From: Trypethelium eluteriae
Lineage: Eukaryota
Direction: 5' to 3'
NCBI GenBank assembly: GCA_051942245.1
Contig: JAVECL010000054.1
Coordinates: forward strand, 49,654-69,653
Length of the DNA: 20,000 nucleotides
The notes under the pieces are model-generated. The model saw only the letters and a program-made list of their open reading frames with translations. It was not told the origin of the DNA and did not search any database. The first letter of the stretch is position 1, and every line of letters begins with the position of its first letter. Shown here piece after piece: positions 10,075-20,000 of this stretch. The position numbers and the translations under genes are program-made.

Positions 10075-10798
10075 TGAAGGGCCAATGACGGAGATGCCTT
10101 TCATGAAAATGTGTATGACGCTAAACTACTAGCGTTTCCCACACAAACTGAAGCCAATACTATACTCGGCTGTTGTATAATTATAAATAGTAAGTTAAGA
10201 GGAAAACAACTGTTCGATATATCATGATCTATATATTCTCTCTTTTTTTCACGTCTATGTTATTCCAACATCCCGTCAACAGGCTATCCACAACCCCACA
10301 CCACATTCACGAATCCCCGGCCGCGGTGAGATACCTGCTTACCCAGGTAGAGGCACCAGGTATTTTCACCAGCTCTCCAAGTTTTATCCCTCGAACAACA
10401 TGCTATCCAACGAGATACCTATCTACAAGCAAGTCACAATGAAGAGGCTTGGATCTCCTGGCGATTCATCTTCCTGCGCTAGCCCCGCCATCGATGCCTC
10501 TTAGTCAGGCACATGGGCAATCGATAGGCAGAGAGCGGCAGGAGGCGCAACGCTGTTCCACACTTACGATGTATGCAGTGCAGCCAGGAACGCGATCATC
10601 ACCAGCCTACTACCAAGGGATATTTCCTATGATGTACCTTCTTCTCAGTTTACCGACGATGAATTTGATTGCCTCCTTATCGGCATTAACGGTATGATAT
10701 AAGGCTAGGTAAACCACTTTCTTGACCCTTCTACACCTCCTCATTTGTTGCTCTTTGTCGAATTAACCCAGGAGCTGTACATTGTAAAGAAGGACACT

Positions 10799-11961
10799 AT
10801 GATGAGCCGCTTTAGCCTTTTGGCTGGGTCGCTGCTCAGTCTTACGGCACAGAGACAGGCTCAAAACGGGAGTTATATTCAGTACTCAACAGTAACGGGA
10901 TACTTCCTCCAAGATGAACCTTCCACCAACGCGACTACCTTCGACTACGTAAGTGTCTTGTTCAAGTATTGCACGTCCGTCACAACTGACGAGCGTAGAC
11001 ATCGACTAACTTTGGTCTCATCAACCGCACCTACCCTTCTGACCCCTGCGGCTACGGCAGCACCAACCTGACCCAATGGCAACGCTTCGCCCGTCAAGTC
11101 TACACCCTCAATCTCGAGTCCCCCGCCAACATTGACTATAAAGTCCTTTTCATGGGTCGCCACGGCGAAGGTTATCACAATGCTGCACAGACATTCTACG
11201 GCACACCCGCCTGGAATTGCTACTGGGCTGAAGTAGATGGCAACGGCACCGCCATCTGGGCGGACGCACACCTGGACCCGGCAGGAATCGCACAAGCCGA
11301 AACCGCCAATGCTTTCTGGGCACATGAGCTCGCCGTCCAAAGGATTCCCGCCCCGCAGACTTACTACACCTCGCCTCTCTACCGGTGCCTCCAAACGGCT
11401 AACATCACGTTCTCCGGACTCGACCTACCTGCCTCACAGCCCTTCCTTCCACTTATCAAGCACGGCCTCCGCGAGGGCATCAGCATCCACACCTGCGATC
11501 GTCGCAGCAACCGCTCCGTCATTCACGCTGCCGTCCCCTCATGGCCCTTTGAACCCGGCTTCCCAGAGTATGACCAACTCTGGAACGGCGTCACCGCGGA
11601 GACGAGCAGTGCGCAAGCGGTGAGGAGCAAAAAAGTGCTAGATGATATTTTTGGCGCGGACCCAAGCACTTGGATAAGCATCACAAGCCATAGCGGGGAG
11701 ATTGGGTCGATATTGAGCGTGCTGGGACATCAGCCGTTTAGTCTGAATACTGGAGCTGTGATACCGGTGCTGGTGCGGGCAGAGACGGTCAAGGCGCAAC
11801 CCAGCCCGACGACAAGCTCGCAGCCGTGGACGGTGAGTCCGCACTGTACGAGCCCACCACTCACGTCCATTAATAATGGGGCGTGTGTGTGCCAAGGAAG
11901 TGCAATGCCCGTAACAACTACGCTTCCTGGGTCAGGGCCGACTTACGTAGCAAGAGTATAA
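10799..11961 (+). CDS. Histidine phosphatase / phosphoglycerate-mutase-like protein (PMU1-like), probably secreted, about 370 aa, 2 exons
   Basis: Exons 10799-10948 and 10999-11961; intron 10949-10998 (GTAAGT..CTGAC..TAG). Motifs KVLFMGRHGEGYHN, DAHL, SPLYRCLQT, LREG..HTCDRRS and ISITSHSG. Hydrophobic N-terminus (MMSRFSLLAGSLLSLTA), several N-x-S/T sequons and a Pro/Ser/Thr-rich tail. Confidence 0.9.
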
Positions 11962-11972
11962 AAGAAATCATG

Positions 11973-12004
11973 TGTGTATATACTTGTGTATATTTGTGTA
12001 TATA
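11973..12004 (+). repeat. Three near-tandem TGTGTATAT units immediately after the phosphatase stop codon
   Basis: TGTGTATAT at 11973-11981, 11985-11993 and 11995-12003. Confidence 0.65.
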
Positions 12005-12755
12005 GTGTGGATGAATTGCTCTTAATGTGTATCGAAACGCGTAACAGGAGAAGCTAGAGCGTCAGTGTCTATAAATCCCAGTTTATTCATTCGTAAGAAT
12101 TTCATGGTCGTTTTTCGACTGCAAGGTCCCGTCCTTTGCCCTTGCCTTACTACAGCCCAAACACTCTCATCTCCAATTCATCACAGATACCCTAATTCTG
12201 CCACTCACGAAAATAACAAGAAAAAAAGAGATACCAAAAAGCAGACCCTTACCAGCAAGCCGGAATTTCTATAGCTAACAGGGCAAAAGAGTAATGACCA
12301 ACTAACATGCAATACCCCGTATTCGCTGCTGGTCACCCACGCAACTACTGACGAGGCGGCAACGTGCTTAACGTATCGAGAGCGGACGGGATCGAGTGCT
12401 TTCACGTTCCTATGATCGCATGTATTGAAGGTTTTCTGTAAATTGGTATATAACTCAAACCACATTCCCGATTATGCATCACATGCCTACCAGGAGGGTA
12501 GGAATTGTCGACGCTATAGTATTTAAGACAAGGAGTATGTATTTTGATCTCTCATACTTTCGTGAACTCTGGGGGGTCCCTCAACAAATTCTTCCCTACA
12601 TTCAAAGAGAAGAGCTCATTAGTTCCTAGTAAAGAAATGCCTTGTACGCTCTGTACGTCCTGCCCATAATTCTCAGTGCTACCCCTGGTGTGCCCATCCC
12701 ATTCTCAAGACTCGCCATTCCTGCCAAATGCCTTCCAACCACAATCCTCCGTCTC

Positions 12756-14563
12756 TCAGTTGAGTCCGTACTCCGCACACAACTTCTCGGCCGCGATGGC
12801 CCCAATCTGATACGCCACAGCTTGGGTGTGACAATTTGGCACAAAAGGCATCACACTCATATCCGCCACCCTCAGTCCTTGCACCCCCTTCACCCTGAAA
12901 CCCGTATCCACCACGCCCATCTTGTCCTCCTGCCCCCCGCTCCCCTTAACCTCCATCCTTGCCGTCCCCGTCATATGCCAAGAAGTCCCACAATTCTCCC
13001 TCACATACTCCAGAATCTCCTCCTCGCTCTCCCCCCTAGGCACCTGCACCACGCCATCACACCTCTCCGCCACCCTCGGACTCCGCACGAACTCCATCGC
13101 CGCCCCGACACCACGCACCACCATCACGCGATCGAACTCCTCCGTCAAAAACCGGCCATCGCACACCGGCGCCGCTGTCGGGTCCGCCGACGCCAACGTC
13201 ACGCTCCCGCGCGACTGCGGATGGAAGAAGAACACCAGCACCGTGAAGTACGACCGGTCCTGCGGAAGCGGAATCAGTGGCGGCGACTGCGACGACATCT
13301 CGAAGTGCGGCACCGTGGGCGCCAGCACGTGCTGCTGCGTCGAGGCCGGCAGCTGCTGGAATGCAGCGTCTGAGCTCAGGTCGCTGTGGCGCAGGGAGTA
13401 GATGAGGCTGGTGTGCAGCATGTGCGCGAGAGGTCCCGAGCGCGAGGTGCGGAAGGCGGTGCGGGCGTTGGCGAGGGCGGTGGGCGAGGAGAAAAGGGCG
13501 GGGCGGTCGTCGAGGCCGGGTTTGAGATGCAGTGTGAGGGGGGCGTAGAGGTGGTCTTGGAGATTGGCACCTACGCCGGGGAGGTCGGAGATGCAGGGGA
13601 GATGGTGTTGGGTGAGTTCTGAACGAGGGCCGATGCCAGAGAGTTTGAGGAGTTTGGGGGAATCGAGGGCGCCGGCGCAGAGAATGATTTCTTTGATCGC
13701 GGTATCTGGCTGAGGTTGAGGAAAAGATTTGTGAGCTGGGAGAAGAAGTCTTACAGTGGCGATTGCCCTCGACCTCAACACCAACAGCATGAGTTCCCTC
13801 AAATGAGATCCTGTGCACCGGAGAATTGATTTGAATTTTTAGATTCGCCGGCGGATCCGAAAGAAAGGCATCTGCAGCTGTATTGCGGATCCCACCCTTG
13901 GATGTGGAAGGAAACAGTCCAATTCCGACTGGGTCGCCGGAATTTATGTCTTTATTTATTGGGAACCTAAACTCTTCTGCAGCATCGGCGACTTCTGTCA
14001 TGCCCTTTTCCCAGATGGGAGGGCACTCAACGTGAACTCTGCCTCGGTTTCCATGGTCTCCAGCCAATGGTTGGAAGTATTTTTGGTATCTTTGATCCAC
14101 TTTGAGATTGATGTTCTCGATGTCATCAAATCTCCGGCGGGTGTTCGGCCAATTGAAGGCTGGATCTCCCACTTGGCGAGCCCATTCGTCATAGTCGTGC
14201 TTCGGTCCCAGTGTCCATACGGCGAAATTAATCGCAGAAGAACCGCCGAGTCCTTTACCACGAGAATAGTCGATCTCACGGCTGTTAAGTTGGCTTTGTG
14301 GCGTCGTCTTGTAAGCCCAGTTCATCCCCGGCTGCATGAATGTCGTAAACCTATCGAACACATATCGAACATCCTCGCCAGTATTCTCTCCACCAGCCTC
14401 TAAAAGGAGGACGCTGGGAGCTTTGCTGCTTCTTGCAAGTCGGGACGCTAGGACGCAGCCTGCTGGACCGCCTTCAAGCAAAAATTGTCACGAAAACCTC
14501 AACACTCTCAGACTGTGCGGAGAATGACTTACTTCCAATGACTATGAAGTCAAACGCTGACAT
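12756..14563 (-). CDS. GMC (glucose-methanol-choline) oxidoreductase, CAZy AA3-like, about 565 aa, 3 exons
   Basis: Exons 14563-14533, 14471-13755 and 13705-12756; introns 14472-14532 (GTAAGT..AAG) and 13706-13754 (GTAAGA..CAG). FAD-binding MSAFDFIVIGSGPAGCVLASRL..VLLLEAG, RGKGLGGSSAIN, EIILCAGALDSPKLLKLSGIGP, PGVGANLQDH, PQSRGSVTL, TSWHMTGTARM, GLRVADMSVMP..PNCHTQA. Confidence 0.93.
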
Positions 14564-15463
14564 GGTCTCTTTCTGACATTCGATTGCAAGCACGCTAGTC
14601 GACTTAAAGGAGACTTAGAGAATTGATAAAGGGTAGAAGACAGATATAGTAGCAGGCGTAAACCCACGCTTTGGAGGACCACAGCAACTCGGCTGAGGAA
14701 AGCAGAGATTTCAAATGTGACACACTTTATTGTCCAATAGGTGTCATGTGTGCTCAGTCCTTGGAGTGTCGGAATGTCCTCGGACAAAGGGATCGGCGCG
14801 GTTCAAGGTCGTGTTCATAAGATCAAATGCTGAAATATGAATGTAGTATGGCCAACGGCGACAGCAGCTTTATCTACTCTGGTATACCGTATACTCCTTT
14901 TCTAAAATCTTAGCGCGTGCTGAATGAATGGTGTAAGGAACCTCAAGTAATCTTTCTTGAAAAATGGAGCAAGAGCTCTCGCAATCAGACGAGGAAGAGC
15001 ATGGAACTTCCCCAGGCGGGGTATGCATCGGGAATTATTTCCATTCTCTTTATACCGGTCAGCGCCTCAAAAGCCTCCAGACACGTGAACTCCTCAAATT
15101 CGTTGGACGCTCCGGCTCCGACAGTAAGCAATCAGCCATTGAATAAGACGGTGGAATGAGCAACCGATGCGGCACAACTTTGATCAGATCGTCGGGTGCA
15201 CAATCTAGCAGCTAATCATCAATATAGGACCATGAAGGTATCTTCCAGCCAAAGGAGTAGTAAGTGGCGTTTGTTCGGAATCGAAGAGTGGATTATCTCT
15301 CTTCGCGATCTAGTCAATCTGATGGCCATTTGTCCTGGCGTAATATATGACCGCAGCAGTGCGAATTTTATGTCCCAAAGGTTGTCTTAGCTCGATAGGA
15401 ATGAAAGGAAAAGAATATGCGATGGCTTTTTCTCTGGATCACATAGTTTTCTCGCCGACTAGA

Positions 15464-16504
15464 TCAGCTCCACATTTGTCGTACATTGAAGTTCACCCTC
15501 TTCGTTCGCATCCAGCCCTTCCATTGTTCGTAATTCGGGGTTGTACCGCAGTATTCCGTCGCAGGCCAGTTCTCTAGCCAAGATGGACATGTGTTCGGAA
15601 TTATTTGGGGAATGCCGTGCCACGCAAATCGCGATGTGTCTGCCATGAATATTGCATCTCCTGATCGAAGACGCACGACGATCGATTTGACCCTATCATT
15701 TTCGTGGATGCTTTCTTGGCCAGCCACAAAGATTGCTTCGCAGCCAATGCTGAGGCTCACAAGACCTTGTTCGCTTTCTTCACTGATGTCTCGATGCAAG
15801 CTCAAAGTGTCACCTGGAGAGTAGAAATTGACGATTGCTGCTTCTGGTACTATTCTCGGGAAGAGGCGCTGCAGCAGTGTAGCAATGTCGGATGGAAATT
15901 GAGGCGGTGATTCGGCTGGATACCTCTTTTCCGTCCAGTCATACTGGCCACCAAGCGTTATCCAGCGAAGTTTTTTGTTAAGAGCCTGAGATATAGAAAG
16001 TGCGTTGTGCTGTATCGCATCTCTGGGTGTAAATGCAGCTTCTGCAGATGGCGCGTAGGTGAAGAAAGAATCCCCACGAGCAGGGTACGGCAAATCATAG
16101 TGCATATGAAGGTTTGTCTTGTGGGCTGAGTTTGACAGATCTCTATGCATGACGCAGGAGAGGAGGCTCGTTTGAACTTGAGGGGAAAGAAGGGAAGGAA
16201 TTAGGAACAGACCGGGCATATCCTCGTACTCGTACACGAGATTGCACACCTCATCGCCACATTGCTGGCTCACTGTGGCGCATAAATCTGCAAAAGCCGA
16301 GGACGCCTTCATAAGATCCTTTTGATCCTGCCATCTGCTGACGTTCACTTTTTGCTTCTGGTCGCCTGTTAGTCCATGAGCGGGATCGAGAATCTCTACA
16401 TCCTCATCGAGCGCAAGACCTTTAAGCTTTTGATACTTCTTGTAGAGCCCACGTAGCGCTTCCGGCGGTCTGTCGAAAACGCCAAGACCATGCAGAGAAG
16501 CCAT
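15464..16504 (-). CDS. abh1: AlkB-family Fe(II)/2-oxoglutarate dioxygenase, ALKBH1/Abh1 type, about 346 aa, intronless
   Basis: Probable ATG at 16504 (MASLHGL..PPEALRGLYKKYQK). Motifs KKLRWITLGGQYDWT, PEAAIVNFYSPGDTLSLHRDISE (HxD), LVSLSIGCEAIF, LRSGDAIFM, SRFAWHG (distal His) and KRVNFNVRQ (RxxxxxR). Confidence 0.92.
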   Translation of the reverse strand: MASLHGLGVFDRPPEALRGLYKKYQKLKGLALDEDVEILDPAHGLTGDQKQKVNVSRWQDQKDLMKASSAFADLCATVSQQCGDEVCNLVYEYEDMPGLFLIPSLLSPQVQTSLLSCVMHRDLSNSAHKTNLHMHYDLPYPARGDSFFTYAPSAEAAFTPRDAIQHNALSISQALNKKLRWITLGGQYDWTEKRYPAESPPQFPSDIATLLQRLFPRIVPEAAIVNFYSPGDTLSLHRDISEESEQGLVSLSIGCEAIFVAGQESIHENDRVKSIVVRLRSGDAIFMADTSRFAWHGIPQIIPNTCPSWLENWPATEYCGTTPNYEQWKGWMRTKRVNFNVRQMWS

Positions 16505-16826
16505 GCGCAAGGTACTGGGGCAAGATCCAGGCGAAGAGGAAAGTTCTTCGGCAAGCGACACACGGACCCTAGAGTAAGTCGTTTTTACGGTACTAGCCTT
16601 TTTTAGACTTATGACATTCATGAAGTACGGAGTACAATTACCTCTGTATGCGAAATGCAATTTTTATATCGCTGAAAATACGGTAGGTAGTCAGACTACT
16701 CTAATTGCAAGCCTATCCAGTGCCAAGTGGCTTAACTTGGAATTATTTTATTCATCACCGACTACCAACAGCTTGCCTCCCAAGCACTCCTCTGTAGATC
16801 CTTTGAACTAAACCAGTCTGTTTTGA

Positions 16827-18393
16827 TCATACTTCGTTAAATTCCGCGATCACTCGCCCAGTTGCGTTCAACGCCGGTTCCTTCACATGATCGCCATATT
16901 TTCCCTCCTGCCACTCCTGTCCCTGAAGCCCTTGCTGACAAGAGAAGTCGGAGAGAATTCCTGCCGAACTTCCCTGCTCGGAGTATTTAAGCGACTCAGA
17001 GTCACTATGGTACCGACTCAGCGCCGTACCGCTTTCTGCTGTACCATGGCTATGAGGATCTCCTCCCTTTCGTAACCTCGAATGCAATGAATGCAACCCG
17101 AGGGAATGGTGGATACCCTCCCACGAGATGCTCCAGCCACGCCGTAACTGTCTTGAGAGCGAGCTGATAGCATGAAAGCTGAGGCTCGGAAGATCACATG
17201 CTATGAGACCGACTCCGATCTCCATAGTTGGCCAGCTCATGAGAAGAGTGGAGCCTATTGAGTTGCATAAGCTAAGCGAGACTCGGCAGAAAGATCTTCA
17301 GAAGCTCAAACGGAGATTCCAGTGATTACGATCAATGCTTGAGCAGCTTGATCCACATACCTTGAAAATAGCTCCCTTGACTAGCATTTGTTACCACGTC
17401 TGGTTGGGTCAAAGAGACCAGTTGAACAATGGTATTGTTGAGACCAGCAACGAACGCACTTGCAGAAGTTAGGCCAAGTAAGAATAAGTTTGATAGAGAT
17501 GCTGCTTACAGTCCTCTGAGTAGGAAGCTAAGCACAATCACAACTTTGCGCGAGAAACTTGTTTGCAGTTTCAGGACCTATTATAATAATTAGATTCGTC
17601 ATTGGCGTGTAGAAAATAGCTGCTTATGGCAAGTCACTTACAAAAGGTATCAGTAGGATGAGTAGACTTAGATCGATAAAACTATCCAAGGCAAAATAAC
17701 TCATTTGCATCTTGAAGGCCCACAACGGACAGACATCCCAACCACCCTCGAAATTGGCTTTGAGATTTGTTCCGCAATACAAAAGCCATGAGACCACGGC
17801 ATCAATGAGCCAGACAAAGGATAGATATATCAAGATCCAGGTACAGATATTGAATGCACGACCAATAAAGATACGGCGATAGAAAAATAGGATGGACAGT
17901 TTGATCAGCTCGTTGGACGCAATCCAGAAGATGACTATACTAGCTTCTACCTGAAGGTCGGTCGCATAAAAGCATTAATTAAGAATACGATTCAGATGAA
18001 CGAATATACTGAAATAGGAGGCTGGTGCTTACCTGCGCCAGAACGCGTTGCTGTTTAGTGACATTGCTGGGACCAGATCGGGGCTGTTCAACGAAAGCAT
18101 TCTCGAAGACTCCTGCCCAACGAGTTATTCTTGCGCAGCCAAGTTTCGACATGGAAGCTGACCGGCGAGAAGCGAGGCGCAACAGCCCTTAAGACAGAGC
18201 TAGTAGATAGCAAGTTGATGTCGGACCTCAAGAGTCCCCGTCATACCCATGCGGGCAAACATAGCCAATCGTCTATCTTCCTTGGAACTTTTTGATGCCA
18301 GCGAGCGTAGAAGCGCAGAGCTATGAAAATGCCGGCTAGGATGGGAAAGCAGAAACAGATAGCTATAGCACTACCACGGGATACGATACTCAT
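16827..18393 (-). CDS. PTH11-like (fungal rhodopsin-domain / SAT4-type) integral membrane receptor without CFEM, about 388 aa, 7 exons
   Basis: Exons 18393-18247, 18199-18163, 18112-18033, 17950-17642, 17577-17510, 17458-17361 and 17254-16827, with GT-AG introns between them, give one frame. Family motifs: IALRFYAR, IDDWLCLPAW, IKLSILFFYRRIF, DSFIDLSLLIL.IPFVLKLQ, WPTMEIGVGLIACDLPSL. The protein has multiple hydrophobic segments and a hydrophilic C-terminal tail. Confidence 0.88.
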
Positions 18394-19834
18394 GGCGACG
18401 AGGAGGACGATAGTAAGGTAATAAAGGGTAGGAGCTAAAGTACTGTTCTTTTTAACCAGATAATCGTTTCCCAAGAAATCAGGGCTTGAAGGGGATGCTG
18501 AATAGATTTTATGCTTACGAATAATGCTACGTAATTGTAGCTGAAACTCTATCAATGCAAACAATCTGCAGGAAAGCCCAATTGTCTCCAGAGCATACAC
18601 GCTATTTCTCCAAAATCGTATATCCGCAAAGAGAAGTATCACCGACGAAAGACATATGCTTACAAGGATTTGGATTGTCTTCCCATGTTGTATCAGTTGA
18701 CGAGAGTAACGATACATTACGAGACCATAGGGATGTCCTTTAACCGAGGCCGCATACACTCGTTTCAGCTTAGCAAGGTACCTTATTCTCGTAACCCATA
18801 GTCTCTCCACTGAAAGGCTCTCTGTTTTACAGCATGAAACATCTGGGAATGCTGGTCACTATAGAAGGCAGGAGCAAACTTACGTAGTGAATGCAGACTG
18901 CCCCGGCTCGCCGCAGGGTCAATGGACAATCCATCTTATCCTACCCGCATTCCCCAGCGAAGAAGAGCTGCGCAGGCTGCATAGCAGAGATACATCTCGT
19001 AAAAGCATGGAAGGTTATCTGATATGACCTTGCGTTCTGGGCAAAGATAGACAGTCGGCCGAGGTCTCCCTGATAAGTAATAGTAACGGATAAGAAGCAA
19101 TAGCTTAAGGTTGAGAGAGGTACTTTATAGTTGGTCTACAAAGATGAGGGGTGGCCAGGTTTTGACATTAGAGTTTTGTATCAAGGCTTGGGCCTCGCCC
19201 GATTATATCCTCTTATGAGTGTCTCGGCCGGCGGCGACATTCTTGGTAAGCCAGCATCCAGTTGTGTACAGGTTGGTAACTCTGAGGAACCAGCACGTCA
19301 AGGTTCCACTGCTCGTGATACTCCTAATATCTTGCTGGCGGCAGCCGTGGTAGTGTTTATTTATATCATCCGTAACCTCTTCTGACCACCTCTTTGTTTG
19401 CTGCCTGGGCTGTCCCAAATCGAGCTTGTTGCAAGCCATAGTACACACTACTCCAGAGGAAAGGTCTGACGACGTTTATGGGAAAACCTCGCGCGAAGAA
19501 CAAGTGAAAACTGCAAGAAGGAGCAGTATCGTACCGATTGGTTGCGCTTCTTGATTAACTGCTGGAACTCCCGATCAAACCCCAACCTGTTGGACGCTGG
19601 GGACCATATGCAAGCTCGGAGAAGCGTCCAAATTCGTCAAGAAATACCAGTTCGCCTTCGGGTAGGGCACCATGGAGCACATGGCAATTTCAGGGCTGTA
19701 GAGAATGGTGAGGTAGGAAGGAGTCAGAGTACCAGGGCCTCCCAAATGCGGGCGCGGGCCCAACCGATGGCAGGTCGGACCCCGGCGCCATTAAGGTTGT
19801 ACCTAGAACTTGACATGAGATACTCCGTACGCAG

Positions 19835-19969
19835 TATAAATCCAGGTAGGCAATTGCTTACTCCCACTTCTCTTATCGTTCGACCTAAGTCTCCTCCTCC
19901 CCCCTCACATCCCTCTCTCCCTCTTCCTTTCCCCCGGTGTTCTATCAGTCCTCCATCTTCACCCTCCAA
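19835..19969 (+). promoter_or_regulatory. TATA box plus CT-rich tract (typical filamentous-fungal core promoter / 5' UTR)
   Basis: TATAAA at 19835-19840, followed by a long polypyrimidine stretch (about 19860-19967) ending in CAAAATG-like context (CCAAATG). Confidence 0.55.
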
Positions 19970-20000
19970 ATGTCATCCATCCCCACCCTCACCACTCCTC
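19970..20000 (+). CDS. Probable start of a gene running off the right edge (MSSIPTLTTP...)
   Basis: ATG at 19970 with A at -3, downstream of a TATA box and CT tract. Only 10 codons are visible. Confidence 0.4.
   Translation, partial: MSSIPTLTTP

Noticed and set aside
12642..13622. Long His/Arg/Pro-rich plus-strand ORFs and the Arg/Pro-rich C-terminal half of ORF 13057-14481
   Set aside because: They arise from the GC-rich, skewed GMC exon 3 read antisense or out of frame through intron 13706-13754.
16505..16660. N-terminal extension of the AlkB ORF
   Set aside because: It begins at a non-ATG codon, and family-like sequence begins only after ATG 16504; an upstream in-frame ATG cannot be fully excluded.
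890..18393. Secondary-metabolite gene cluster (TF, oxidoreductase, dioxygenase, membrane protein)
   Set aside because: No PKS, NRPS, terpene or RiPP backbone gene is in the window, and the AlkB gene is a conserved nucleic-acid dioxygenase type rather than a tailoring enzyme.
18394..18810. In-frame upstream extension of the PTH11-like exon 1 (possible CFEM or extra domain)
   Set aside because: No CFEM cysteine pattern or signal peptide is present, and ATG 18393 has good context (GCCATG) directly before TM1.
1..20000. Intact transposon, Starship captain, CRISPR array or rRNA
   Set aside because: No transposase, reverse transcriptase or tyrosine recombinase motifs, terminal repeats, spaced direct repeats or rRNA signatures were seen.

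Overview
This is eukaryotic DNA from a filamentous ascomycete: short GT-AG introns of about 45-110 nt with CTRAY-type branch sites, which is why the ORF track is fragmented. Manual splicing gives seven apparently intact genes: a three-repeat Myb transcription factor (890-2212, -); an NLR-like protein with an N-terminal helical domain and a NACHT/STAND-like domain whose Walker A motif is destroyed (5535-7657, -); a fungal-type AAA+ ATPase (7884-10074, +); a secreted PMU1-like histidine phosphatase (10799-11961, +); an intracellular GMC oxidoreductase (12756-14563, -); an ALKBH1/Abh1-type 2OG-Fe(II) dioxygenase (15464-16504, -); and a PTH11-like membrane receptor (16827-18393, -). Between about 3000 and 5500 lies a zone of decayed sequence that includes the C-terminal remnant of a fungal-specific transcription factor. 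The most interesting feature is the head-to-head pair, with 226 bp between start codons, of a probably inactive, sensor-less NACHT-like protein and an intact AAA+ ATPase. It is a candidate two-gene fungal immunity or allorecognition module. All family assignments come from recognising motifs by eye; no database search was run.
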